32,000 bases of DNA from Candidatus Arthromitus sp. SFB-rat-Yit (GTDB lineage Bacteria > Bacillota > Clostridia > Clostridiales > Clostridiaceae): contig NC_016012.1 of NCBI RefSeq assembly GCF_000283555.1, forward strand, positions 180,001-212,000, read 5' to 3'. The notes under the pieces are model-generated. The model was given only the letters and a program-made list of their open reading frames with translations, was not told the origin of the DNA and ran no database searches. The first letter of the stretch is position 1. Each line of letters starts with the position of its first letter. The translations under genes were made by a program, and so were the position numbers. Below are positions 1 to 8,932 of this stretch, in pieces.

Positions 1-229
1 CTTACAAGGGGTGCTGTTAAAGCAATATGCTGGCTAAACAATAGATTTTTTGACGCTTTATGAAGAGCACAGCGTTGACCGCCCATATATCAAGAAAAAT
101 TATAAAGAAGTCTTACGCATGATGTTTGAGATGGGATTGATTAGTGCCGTAAATCCAAAGACCAACAAACCTCCTCGAAAAGGTTCGTTTTCGGATGAAA
201 TGCGTATAACTTTTGGAGGTGCTGTATGA
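1..229 (+). pseudogene. Frame-disrupted 3' part of an ORF translationally coupled to the DUF5131 gene. It may be the usual partner gene of that family (TcmP-like), but I cannot verify this by eye.
   Basis: Frame 2 is open from 38 to TGA 227-229 (TIDFLTLYEEHSVDRPYIKKNYKEVLRMMFEMGLISAVNPKTNKPPRKGSFSDEMRITFGGAV*), and its stop overlaps ATG 226 (ATGA). Frame 2 has TAA at 35-37, while frame 1 is open 1-60 (LTRGAVKAICWLNNRFFDAL, TGA 61-63). The frames swap around a T6 run at 46-51, which is consistent with a frameshift or a sequencing error. Confidence 0.35.
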
Positions 230-879
230 GAACCACTAAGATAGAATGGACTGACAGGACGTGGAATCCAGTAACGGGCTGCACAAAGTTTTCAACTGGA
301 TGCGCTCATTGCTATGCGGAAACAATGGTAAACAGGCTTCGAGCTATGGGCGTTGCAAAGTATGCTAACGGATTTATGCCGACAATGCATGAGGCTTCGT
401 TATACGAACCCATTAAGTGGAAACAACCCCATACCATATTTGTTTGCTCAATGGCCGACCTTTTTCACGATGAAGTGCCACTCGATTTTATTGATAGTGT
501 TATGAATACGATAAGGCAAACACCACGTCATCGTTATCAAATCCTTACAAAACGTGCAGAACGAATGGCTGAGTATTTTACGCGGACTGATATCCCCCAA
601 AATGTGTGGCTCGGAGTAACAGTAGAATCGTCGTCGGTTAAACATCGCATCGAATCGCTCCGCCCTTTGCAAGCCTCCGTTCGATTCCTTTCATGTGAGC
701 CTTTGGTAGAAGATATAGGTGAACTCGACCTTGCGGATGCAGAAGAGCAAGGTGCAGCATTCTTCTTCAAACAGTGGGGCACTTGGGGTTCAGACGGAGT
801 CAAGCGTAATAAGAAAGCTAACGGTAAAGCACTCGATGGCAAAATTATTCAAATGATGCCACAATTGAACATGCGCTAA
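226..879 (+). CDS. DUF5131 / phage Gp37-Gp68 family protein, probably carrying an in-frame internal deletion
   Basis: GGAGG at 214-218 lies 7 nt before the ATG. The N-terminus KIEWTDRTWNPVTGCTKFSTGCAHCYAE carries the family's three-Cys signature, and later motifs VFVCSMADLFHDEVP, ILTKR, VRFLSCEPL and FFFKQWG are present. At 217 aa it is shorter than typical members, and the usual block between CEPL and FFFKQWG is missing. Confidence 0.8.
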   Translation: MRTTKIEWTDRTWNPVTGCTKFSTGCAHCYAETMVNRLRAMGVAKYANGFMPTMHEASLYEPIKWKQPHTIFVCSMADLFHDEVPLDFIDSVMNTIRQTPRHRYQILTKRAERMAEYFTRTDIPQNVWLGVTVESSSVKHRIESLRPLQASVRFLSCEPLVEDIGELDLADAEEQGAAFFFKQWGTWGSDGVKRNKKANGKALDGKIIQMMPQLNMR

Positions 880-882
880 CTT

Positions 883-925
883 AAACACGTTTTACGAGTT
901 TGAAAATTACAGCAAACGTGTTTTT
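883..925 (+). terminator. Possible terminator hairpin after the DUF5131 gene
   Basis: Perfect 10-bp inverted repeat aaacacgttt (883-892) / aaacgtgttt (914-923) with a 21-nt loop, running into TTTTT. The large loop makes it atypical. Confidence 0.45.
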
Positions 926-1139
926 ATAGAAAAGGGATATTGAAGGGTTGGTAATCCATGTAATATACTTTGTGAAGTTAATGACTATAATAAAGAATAT
1001 TATTTATAAAATAGGTTAACTATATTTTATAAATATTAATTAATAGTGAATAAAATAAACAAAATAACCAATAATAATAATTGTTTATTAAGAATTTAAA
1101 ATAATTTTCTTTACATAACTAAAAAAGGAGGAAAGAAGA

Positions 1140-4100
1140 TTGGGGAAAACGGTTAGAAGGTCCAAATGGCTTTCATTATTTTTATGTTTTATATTCGTTT
1201 TTGAGTTTTTGGTTTTTAATTCAAATATAAACGTAAAAGAAGTTAAGGCACAAGAGAGAGCTGCAATACTTGATATAAATTCTATCAGAGTAATAAATTT
1301 TGATTTATCAATCAAAAATCAAGAAGCTATATTTGATTTTAATAATTTTTTAGGGAGTGGAGACAAAATTGAGGAATTTAAACTTAAAAAGGTTGAAGGC
1401 AGTAAAAAAACAGATATAGCAACAAGTGTCGTAGATGATACTAAAAGAAAGTGGAAAGCAAAATTCATTCCAATTAATGGGGATACTTATTTGATAGAGA
1501 TGCTTGCAAATATTGGGGGAGCTCAGAAGAAATTAATTCAAGAGATTTTTTATAACGATTGGAGTTATGGAAAAGAGCCAATAATGAAATATACTCAAAA
1601 AAATAATAAGTATATTGCAGAAGCTGAACTTAATCATAGTTTTATAGATTCTTTCAATGATAATGAAGTAGCAACTATACGTATTGCAGGATTCTCAGTT
1701 ATTAATAAAACTATTAAAGAGATTAAAGATGCTAAGTATAAAATTAGTGTAGAAGATGATAGAGACATATTGGGGAATAATAATGGATTTAATTTTTACT
1801 TTGATATTTTAGATAGAAGATATCACTGGAAATTATTTACAACTATTACTGGAGGCAAACATGACTTTGGTACGGTTGTAATTGATTTAGAGTCTGTAGG
1901 ATTTAAAAATAATACAGATAATATTGATTTTAAGATTAAGTTTAAAGAACATACAACACTTAAAGATAAGACGTTTAATACAAATGATGTGTTTAGAATA
2001 CCAGATTCTAGATATTCTTCATTTAGAGGAACTTATAATACTACTAAAAAAGATGTAACATTTGAGGATGTAAATTTAGGCTTAGGTGGTAAGGTTACGA
2101 TTAGAATTGATCCAAATGATGAAACTAAGCAAAAATTAGAAGGTTTTTTTAGTTTGTTTGTTCCTGGAGAAATGGAGAGATTAAATTGTGATATTAGAAG
2201 TGTTACTGGAGAAGGGAATATTATTAACGTAGATTTGGAACCTATGAAGGCTTTTATACCTAAGATTGATCCAAAGAATAAACTTTATATTTATGAATTA
2301 AGTGATAGTTATTCTAAAGGAACTAAGCTTGGAGAGAAAACGTCTGGAGTGGGTTGGCAAGATTTTAATGAAATTAGATTGAGTAAGAGCTTTGAAAAAG
2401 GAAAAAGTTATTTAGTTGAATTTACAAATGGTACTAAAACAATTTCTAGCTCTTTTGTATATACTCCAATGGAGTTCACAGCATCAGATATGACAGAAAC
2501 ATCCGTAAAATTAAATTGGGCATATCCAAATGGATACAGACCAGTATCTGGTGATAGAGTTGAAATATTTTTGAGAGATAAAGGTAGTAATGGAACTTTT
2601 TCTGTAACTCCAAAGAAAACGTTATCTCACGGATCTAATAGTGTTAATCTTTCGAATACAACTTCAACTGTTATAACAGGAATAGCACCAAGTACCCTAT
2701 ATGAGGCAAAAATTGTTTTATATAATCAAAGGGGAGTTATAGATAGTTTTGTAGAGTTTAATACAAAGCATTTTGGACTTATGAATTTTATTGAAGTTGA
2801 GGGAGCTCAGTATAATGATACTTTCCATAGTGAGGCTTTACCACGTAATAGAAAGGTTAATATAAAGTGGGATTTTCAGCCTTCAAATATGCAGTTTAGT
2901 GAAGGTGATAAGGTTGAAATTTTTATAAAACCGAATGGTAATGCTTCTTTTTCAGGTTATCCAATGAATAATCAGTATTATTCTAATCCAGCGTTTACCG
3001 CTACACAGAATTTAAGTAATGTTAAAAAAGCTGAAATTACTATTCCTAGTTGGGTAAAAAATTACCATGTAGATTTGATTTACACAATAGGTGGTAAGCA
3101 GATAATAACTAGTAAAGATCAAGGACAAAATGGTGAAAATGCTTATAATAGAAGAACTGTATACGCATCACCCGGAATGCCGCCAATGCTAGAGGTTAAG
3201 GATGTTAATCAAACTTCAGCAAAGGTTTCATGGAAAGTAGACCCAGGAAATGAGGATGGTCAATACGAAGCATATAGACCAGAAGAAGGACATTTAGTTA
3301 GATTTCATTTAAAAAAGGTTGCTTCTACTAGTACAGCGACAAATACTTTTGATGATGATATGAAAGTAAAAGAATTTGTTTATGGTACAGATTGGAATTA
3401 TACTGAGGAATATCAAGACTTTGATTTAACTGATCTTGAACCTGATCAGTGGTATAGATTGAGGATACAACATGTGATACAAAAAGATGGGGATTTTGGA
3501 GAGAGTGGTGAAAAGTATTCATCTAACTTTTTTAATTTCAAAACAGAGGCATTTAGTATAAAAACACTCACAGCAGAGAACCAAACAGATGATGCATCAA
3601 AAGTAAAACTTACATGGGAAACTCAAGGTGATGTTGAGTTTGGATCAGAAGATAAACTTGAAGTATTTTTGAAAGATAGTACTAGTTCAGAGTACCCAGA
3701 AACGCCTATAAGCGGTTTGAATTTAACACCAGGAACCTCAAAAGAAGCAACAATAGAAGTTCCAAATTTTAATACTTTGTATAACGCAAAAGTTGAGTAT
3801 ACGTTAAAAGGTAAAAAGATTAGTAAGTATGTTTTAGTTCAAGTTAATGCAGAATTGAGAGTTGAAGTTTCTGATATAAAGAGTAGTAATTCTAGAAATA
3901 GTAATAACTGGACTGCGAAAGTTAAATGGACTTATCCAAATGGATATAAAGAAAGTTCTAGACCAAATGATAAAGTTAAATTAACAGTTACAAAACAGGC
4001 GAATTCTTCTAGAACTTCGGGTTTACCAAATAATGAAGAAATAGCAGTTACGACAAGTGAAAAAGAGATAACAGGACTTGAGGAAAATGCGATCTATGAT

Positions 4101-6956
4101 GTTACTCTTGCATTCCTAAATGGACAAAATAAAACTGAAGTTTATACCGTGTCAACTAACTTTAAAGCAACCAATGATCTACAAATTGTAGGACTTAATA
4201 CATCAAATGTTAAAACTAAAACAGGTACTATAAATTGGAGCTTTGCACCAACTGAAAAAGAGTTTACTGATGGTGATAAGGTAGAAGTATTTATAAAGGA
4301 TAGTTCTAAAAAGTCAAGGAGTGGAGATGATCTTACAAATTTCACTAAGATTTATACCATGAATCATGGAAGTAGTTCTAGAAGTGTAGATGAAGGTATT
4401 GTAGAACTTGCAGATGATCCACAGCACTCACAGCATGTTGAGAAAACAGGTCCTATTAAAGATTTTAAATCTCTAGATTTAAAGAATCTAGGGACTAATA
4501 AAGAGTACACTCTAAAAGTTAAATACACTATGAATGTAGCATCAACTGTATCAGAGCAAGGAATAGATGCTCAAAATGGAACACCTAAAACTTCAGAAGC
4601 AGAAGTAGTCCTTAAAACAAAAGTTGATGAGCTTAAAGCAACGGTTTATGTATCAAATCAAACTTCAGCAACCTTTGGATGGGAGTATCCGCCAGAGTAT
4701 CAGCTTCAGGATGGAGATAAAATAGAAATCTTTGTTAAAGAAATTCAAAATGAAAGCCAGCAAACAAGGGATAATGGAATTACCACAGATTATGGTTCTG
4801 CACTTCTTACTTTAACTCATGCAGCAAACGTTAATGAAGATAAAGGCAAGTATGATATGAACGAGGTTACAGCAGTTGATGTATCAGGATTAACTCCAGA
4901 GAGGAAATATAAATCAAAAATTAAATTTACAATGGGTACTGGAGATGATGCTTATTCTATAGAAAAAGAAGTTGATATATCAACAAAATCATTTGAAATA
5001 AAATCATTTGAGATGGATAGCTATCAAGAATACGATATACTTGTTAACTGGGCTATAGAACCTGAAGGAATGAAATTTAACCCAGCAGATACATTGAAGA
5101 TATTCGTAAAGCTTGCAAGTGAAAATGACTATCCAAGTGATCCAGAATATAGTTTATCTTATGAAGAAAATCAAGCAGGTAAGAGCATAGAGAATACGTT
5201 TAGCGATTATGTACTTGCGAAATCTCTTGGAGTAGATCAGAAAATGAAACTAGAGTATAAAGTTGGAGATAGAACTTATGAAAAAGAATTGGAGTTTAAT
5301 AATAAGATAAACCCAATGAAGGCAGAAGCAACTGAAGTTAATGAAACGAGAGCTTTAGTAAGTATTACTCTTCCAGATAACTATGAATTTGTTAATGGCG
5401 ATAAGTTGTTAATATATGCAAAAGATGAATTTTCTGATGGAGAAGTAATAGATGATTATAATTTAGTATTTGAGGGAGTTCAATCAGATGACAATAACAT
5501 ATCTGATATGACTTTAATTGAACTTAGCTATTTACTTCCTGAAGCGAGATATGACATGGCAGTTGCACTTGATTTAGAAGATGGTCAGGTAGATCCTGTT
5601 ACATTTGATTTGACAACAGGAGCACTTAGTCTTTCTGATATAAAACTTGAGCAGCTTAAATATAACGATGCACTTATATCATGGAATTATGGTAAAAATA
5701 AGGTAGATTTCTTTGAAGATTCTGATTATAGCATGACAGATAAATTAATAATAGCTCATAAAGAATCAGATGGAACACCAATGCCTAATGATATTAACTT
5801 ATTAAAACAATTATCAAATACAGAATATTTGGGAGAAAAAATTAGCTCTGTATCTGATGCGAGTATAAAAATTGAAGACCCATCAAAAGATTATGACGTT
5901 GCTGTTTGTTATGACCTCGGCGGACTTTTATATATGAAAACATTTAAGGCATCATATTTATCAGCATCAATTGATGAGTCTCAAATAACAAAAGATGGGG
6001 CAAAAATTACATGGAAATATCCAAGTAATATAACTTTTGGAGATAGTGATAAAACAGAAGTATTTGTAAGAAAAACAGATGAAACAAATTACCCAGATTC
6101 ACCTTCTTTAACATCAAGTGGATCAGGAACAACATCAGGAGAATTAACAGGATTAGAAGGTGGAATATCTTATACAGCAAAAGTTCAAATAACTAAAGAA
6201 GGACTTCAAATAGATCCATTTGAAGTAACTTTTGAAACTGAGAAAGCATTTGAAGAAGAAATAATAATTGAAGAAATACCTAGTGATATTCAAGGAACTT
6301 CAGCAGAGTTTATAATACCAGTAGAACTCCCAGTTGATACAGGAGGAACTATTATGCTTAGTATGGGAGATGAAGCTTATCAAGGATTCACAGCTACATT
6401 TAATGCGGATGGATCAGGATTTACAATAGCACCAACAATACCGAAGAAAAAGTACACTAATATTGAATTGGAAATTCCACTTGAAGATGGATATACTCAT
6501 AAAATTGTAATTCCTGAGTTTACAACTCAGCCTGAAGATGTAGCACAAGATTGGTTAAGTAACGCATATTGGTTTGCATTTGAGAGATTCCCAGATGAGG
6601 AAGGATACAATTATTGGTATGCTCATAGGATGAAACCAAAAACATTAAATGGTGAGTATTTCCTCAAAAATTTAATGTTCGCAGAAGATGAGTTTACAAA
6701 TAGAAACTTATCAGATAATGATCTTATAGCAGCTTTATATCAAATAGTTGTTAACAGGGAATACGATCAAGGAGGACTTGAATTCTGGATAGGAATATAT
6801 AACGAGAATCTCCAGAATGCTCAAGGAAATAAAAAGCTTGCACAAGAAGTTTTGGTTGATAGAATGGTTCACGAGCCTGAATTTGGAAAGCTTTGTGATA
6901 AAGTTGGAATATTCTGGAGACAAATGGACCAAGATGCAGCAGGAGTAGTTGCATAA
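1140..6956 (+). CDS. Giant secreted or surface protein (1938 aa): signal peptide, unknown N-terminal region of about 400 aa, about 11 FN3-like modules, C-terminal DUF4214-like domain
   Basis: TTG start with AAGGAGG (1124-1130) 9 nt upstream. The N-terminus has basic residues, then the hydrophobic stretch LSLFLCFIFVFEFLVF, then VKA|QE, which looks like a signal peptide. A recurring module signature is present (for example TSVKLNWAYPNGY...GDRVEIFLRD and GTINWSFAPTEKEFTDGDKVEVFIKD). The C-terminus WLSNAYWFAFERFPDEEGYNYW...LIAALYQIVVNREYDQGGLEFW matches the two-repeat DUF4214 pattern. A strong terminator follows. Confidence 0.85.
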   Translation: MGKTVRRSKWLSLFLCFIFVFEFLVFNSNINVKEVKAQERAAILDINSIRVINFDLSIKNQEAIFDFNNFLGSGDKIEEFKLKKVEGSKKTDIATSVVDDTKRKWKAKFIPINGDTYLIEMLANIGGAQKKLIQEIFYNDWSYGKEPIMKYTQKNNKYIAEAELNHSFIDSFNDNEVATIRIAGFSVINKTIKEIKDAKYKISVEDDRDILGNNNGFNFYFDILDRRYHWKLFTTITGGKHDFGTVVIDLESVGFKNNTDNIDFKIKFKEHTTLKDKTFNTNDVFRIPDSRYSSFRGTYNTTKKDVTFEDVNLGLGGKVTIRIDPNDETKQKLEGFFSLFVPGEMERLNCDIRSVTGEGNIINVDLEPMKAFIPKIDPKNKLYIYELSDSYSKGTKLGEKTSGVGWQDFNEIRLSKSFEKGKSYLVEFTNGTKTISSSFVYTPMEFTASDMTETSVKLNWAYPNGYRPVSGDRVEIFLRDKGSNGTFSVTPKKTLSHGSNSVNLSNTTSTVITGIAPSTLYEAKIVLYNQRGVIDSFVEFNTKHFGLMNFIEVEGAQYNDTFHSEALPRNRKVNIKWDFQPSNMQFSEGDKVEIFIKPNGNASFSGYPMNNQYYSNPAFTATQNLSNVKKAEITIPSWVKNYHVDLIYTIGGKQIITSKDQGQNGENAYNRRTVYASPGMPPMLEVKDVNQTSAKVSWKVDPGNEDGQYEAYRPEEGHLVRFHLKKVASTSTATNTFDDDMKVKEFVYGTDWNYTEEYQDFDLTDLEPDQWYRLRIQHVIQKDGDFGESGEKYSSNFFNFKTEAFSIKTLTAENQTDDASKVKLTWETQGDVEFGSEDKLEVFLKDSTSSEYPETPISGLNLTPGTSKEATIEVPNFNTLYNAKVEYTLKGKKISKYVLVQVNAELRVEVSDIKSSNSRNSNNWTAKVKWTYPNGYKESSRPNDKVKLTVTKQANSSRTSGLPNNEEIAVTTSEKEITGLEENAIYDVTLAFLNGQNKTEVYTVSTNFKATNDLQIVGLNTSNVKTKTGTINWSFAPTEKEFTDGDKVEVFIKDSSKKSRSGDDLTNFTKIYTMNHGSSSRSVDEGIVELADDPQHSQHVEKTGPIKDFKSLDLKNLGTNKEYTLKVKYTMNVASTVSEQGIDAQNGTPKTSEAEVVLKTKVDELKATVYVSNQTSATFGWEYPPEYQLQDGDKIEIFVKEIQNESQQTRDNGITTDYGSALLTLTHAANVNEDKGKYDMNEVTAVDVSGLTPERKYKSKIKFTMGTGDDAYSIEKEVDISTKSFEIKSFEMDSYQEYDILVNWAIEPEGMKFNPADTLKIFVKLASENDYPSDPEYSLSYEENQAGKSIENTFSDYVLAKSLGVDQKMKLEYKVGDRTYEKELEFNNKINPMKAEATEVNETRALVSITLPDNYEFVNGDKLLIYAKDEFSDGEVIDDYNLVFEGVQSDDNNISDMTLIELSYLLPEARYDMAVALDLEDGQVDPVTFDLTTGALSLSDIKLEQLKYNDALISWNYGKNKVDFFEDSDYSMTDKLIIAHKESDGTPMPNDINLLKQLSNTEYLGEKISSVSDASIKIEDPSKDYDVAVCYDLGGLLYMKTFKASYLSASIDESQITKDGAKITWKYPSNITFGDSDKTEVFVRKTDETNYPDSPSLTSSGSGTTSGELTGLEGGISYTAKVQITKEGLQIDPFEVTFETEKAFEEEIIIEEIPSDIQGTSAEFIIPVELPVDTGGTIMLSMGDEAYQGFTATFNADGSGFTIAPTIPKKKYTNIELEIPLEDGYTHKIVIPEFTTQPEDVAQDWLSNAYWFAFERFPDEEGYNYWYAHRMKPKTLNGEYFLKNLMFAEDEFTNRNLSDNDLIAALYQIVVNREYDQGGLEFWIGIYNENLQNAQGNKKLAQEVLVDRMVHEPEFGKLCDKVGIFWRQMDQDAAGVVA
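2466..6245 (+). repeat. Protein-level array of about 11 divergent FN3-like modules (about 100-130 aa each) inside the giant CDS
   Basis: Eleven recurrences of the pattern [T/S]-x-[V/A]-K-[V/L/I]-x-W-x-[Y/F]-P...F-x-x-[G/S]-D-K-[V/I/L]-E-[V/I]-F-[V/I/L]-K, followed by an L-x-P-x-x-x-Y-x-x-K-[V/I] type strand. The nucleotide sequences of the modules are not near-identical. Confidence 0.6.
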
Positions 6957-6963
6957 AATAAAA

Positions 6964-6990
6964 GTGGTAGAAAGTTTCTACCACTTTTTT
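6964..6990 (+). terminator. Rho-independent terminator of the giant protein gene
   Basis: gtggtag(aaa) / (ttt)ctaccac stem at 6964-6984, followed by T6 at 6985-6990. Confidence 0.9.
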
Positions 6991-7073
6991 ATATATATAA
7001 ATTACTCTTTTTAAACTGTGAATTTTATATTATAATGTGATTGGTTGAACATAAAAGGAGAGTTTAATTTATT

Positions 7074-8537
7074 ATGAACAATAGAAAACAAATATCTAAA
7101 ATCGCATTACTTCTTATGACATTCTCTGCAATTTTTAATTTCTCAAATATAATAAATAATAGCATACAAATAGGACTTGCTAACATATCCGGATATTTAT
7201 TCTCAACTATAGTTTATTTTATTCCGATTACATTTATGGTAGCTGAATTTGTATCTATAAATAAAGAAAGTGAATCAGGTATACATAGTTGGATAAAAAC
7301 GTCTTTGGGAGATAAATGGGCTTTCTTGGGTGCTTGGTCTTACTTTTTTGCAAATTTATTTTATTTTACATCGCTAATTCCAAACACTTTAATATATGCA
7401 TCATACACTTTTTTTGGAAGAAACCTCTTTGAAGGAAATAGTAAGAGTACTCTTGTTTTAGCTATATCTAGTGTTGTACTTTTCTGGATTGGAACTTATA
7501 TATCAATAAGAGGAGTAAAAGTTTTATCAAAGGTTACAAACATTGCAGGTGTGGCAAAAATGCTAATGGGAATTTTGTTTATAATATTAGCTTTTGTGTT
7601 TGTATTTGCAATGAAAAAACCCCCAGCACAAGAGTTTACGGTTGAAACACTTACTCCAAAATTTGACTGGACATTTTTCATGGTTATGGCATGGATACTC
7701 CAATCACTTGGGGGATCTGAAAGCACTGGGGTATATGTTAAGGATACAAAAGGAGGAATAAAGTCCTTTATAAAGACAATAATTACAGCTGTTATTTTAG
7801 TTGGGGGAATTTATACATTAGCGTGCGTTGCTATAGGACTTGTAGTTCCGAGAGAAGTTTTAGAAAATAATTATTCAAATGGAATATTTAATGTCTTTTC
7901 TATTTTAGGAGGACATTTTGGGATATCAAATATAATAATGAATAGATTCATAGGTCTAATACTTTTGTTATCCAATCTTGGATCACTTGTTATATGGACA
8001 TCTGTCCCTGTTAAAGCTCTGTTTTCTGAAATACCTGAGGGAGTGTTTGGAACTTGGGTTGCTAAGACTGATGAACTTGGAACTCCATATAATGCATTGA
8101 AAGCTCAGGCTATTATAGTTACGATTTTACTACTCATACCGGGGATTGGTATTGGATCACTTGAGAGTTTCCTTGAAACAGTTATAAATATGACGGCTGC
8201 GACTTATCTCATCCCTATACTTTTCTTACTTATTGCATATATTGTTTTAAGACTTAAGAAGAATAATATTGATAGAGAGTTTAAGATGGGAAATAGAGGA
8301 TTTGGAATATTTATGGGAATAATATTATTTTTCATATTAATATTTGTTATATTCATGTCTATATTCCCAGAACCATCTTTAATTATTGATGCTATGAATG
8401 GAATTATACCAGATGGGGAAGGAAATCCTATACTTATATGTGCATATAAAGTTTTGGGTCTTTTTATATTTATATGGTTTGCACTTATATGTTGGGGTAG
8501 ACATTCTAAAAATAAATTTAATAAAGGTAAAAATTAA
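7074..8537 (+). CDS. Amino acid permease, APC superfamily (YjeM / glutamate-GABA antiporter-like)
   Basis: 487 aa and about 12 hydrophobic segments. The N-terminal pattern KISKIALLLMTFSAIFNF...FIPITFMVAEF...GIHSWIKTSLGDKWAFLGAWSYFF is typical of this permease group. AAGGAG lies upstream of the ATG. Confidence 0.75.
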   Translation: MNNRKQISKIALLLMTFSAIFNFSNIINNSIQIGLANISGYLFSTIVYFIPITFMVAEFVSINKESESGIHSWIKTSLGDKWAFLGAWSYFFANLFYFTSLIPNTLIYASYTFFGRNLFEGNSKSTLVLAISSVVLFWIGTYISIRGVKVLSKVTNIAGVAKMLMGILFIILAFVFVFAMKKPPAQEFTVETLTPKFDWTFFMVMAWILQSLGGSESTGVYVKDTKGGIKSFIKTIITAVILVGGIYTLACVAIGLVVPREVLENNYSNGIFNVFSILGGHFGISNIIMNRFIGLILLLSNLGSLVIWTSVPVKALFSEIPEGVFGTWVAKTDELGTPYNALKAQAIIVTILLLIPGIGIGSLESFLETVINMTAATYLIPILFLLIAYIVLRLKKNNIDREFKMGNRGFGIFMGIILFFILIFVIFMSIFPEPSLIIDAMNGIIPDGEGNPILICAYKVLGLFIFIWFALICWGRHSKNKFNKGKN

Positions 8538-8576
8538 AAAGCTATGGTGATTTTTTCATAGCTTTATTTGTTTTTA
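8538..8576 (+). terminator. Rho-independent terminator of the permease gene
   Basis: aaagctatg (8538-8546) / catagcttt (8557-8565), followed by a T-rich tail. Confidence 0.8.
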
Positions 8577-8653
8577 AATTAAAAATAATTTAAAATAGTG
8601 TATTAAATTAGGTTAATTAGGAAATGAATAGATTTAAGGACTAGGAGAGAGTT

Positions 8654-8904
8654 ATGAGTAGAAAAATTATACTTAATTTAGCTATGAGCCTTGATGTATA
8701 TATTGATAAAGAAAATGGAGATTATGTAATATTCATTTTATAGATGGAGATATAGTTGATTAGTATATTATAGAAATTATACTAGTTATACTTTGGAAGG
8801 GTAAGAGATTTTTTATTCAGAAAAATTATATTTCTCTCAAATTAAAATTAATTAAGTATTTTGTTGATGGTGGAATTTTGATATTAGAATATGTAAGGTG
8901 TTAA
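8654..8904 (+). pseudogene. Decayed dihydrofolate-reductase-family (RibD C-terminal domain) gene
   Basis: AGGAGAG RBS plus ATG 8654 give MSRKIILNLAMSLDVYIDKENGDYVIFIL*, matching the typical N-terminus of RibD_C/YwjB-like proteins (MRKIILNLAVSLDG.IA.ENG). A different frame from 8764 to TAA 8902-8904 gives YIIEIILVILWKGKRFFIQKNYISLKLKLIKYFVDGGILILEYVRC*, matching the family's C-terminus. The middle of about 90 aa is missing and the two parts are out of frame. Confidence 0.65.
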
Positions 8905-8932
8905 ATAATTTTTAGAAAGGAAGCTTGTTTAA

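Noticed and set aside
448-842. Two minus-strand ORFs (448-672 and 537-842) inside the DUF5131 gene
   Set aside because: They lie antisense to a gene with clear family motifs. They have no RBS, and their sequences are low-information and Ser/Arg-rich, as expected from the opposite strand of a G+C-richer gene.
1088-1315. 75-aa minus-strand ORF overlapping the RBS and signal-peptide region of the giant gene
   Set aside because: It is antisense to a well-supported start region, has no RBS, and its composition simply mirrors the AT-rich leader.
2466-6245. Periodic repetition that might suggest a tandem DNA repeat or CRISPR-like array
   Set aside because: The repetition is visible only at the protein level, as about 11 FN3-like modules of 100-130 aa. 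The DNA copies have diverged, and there are no short identical direct repeats with spacers.
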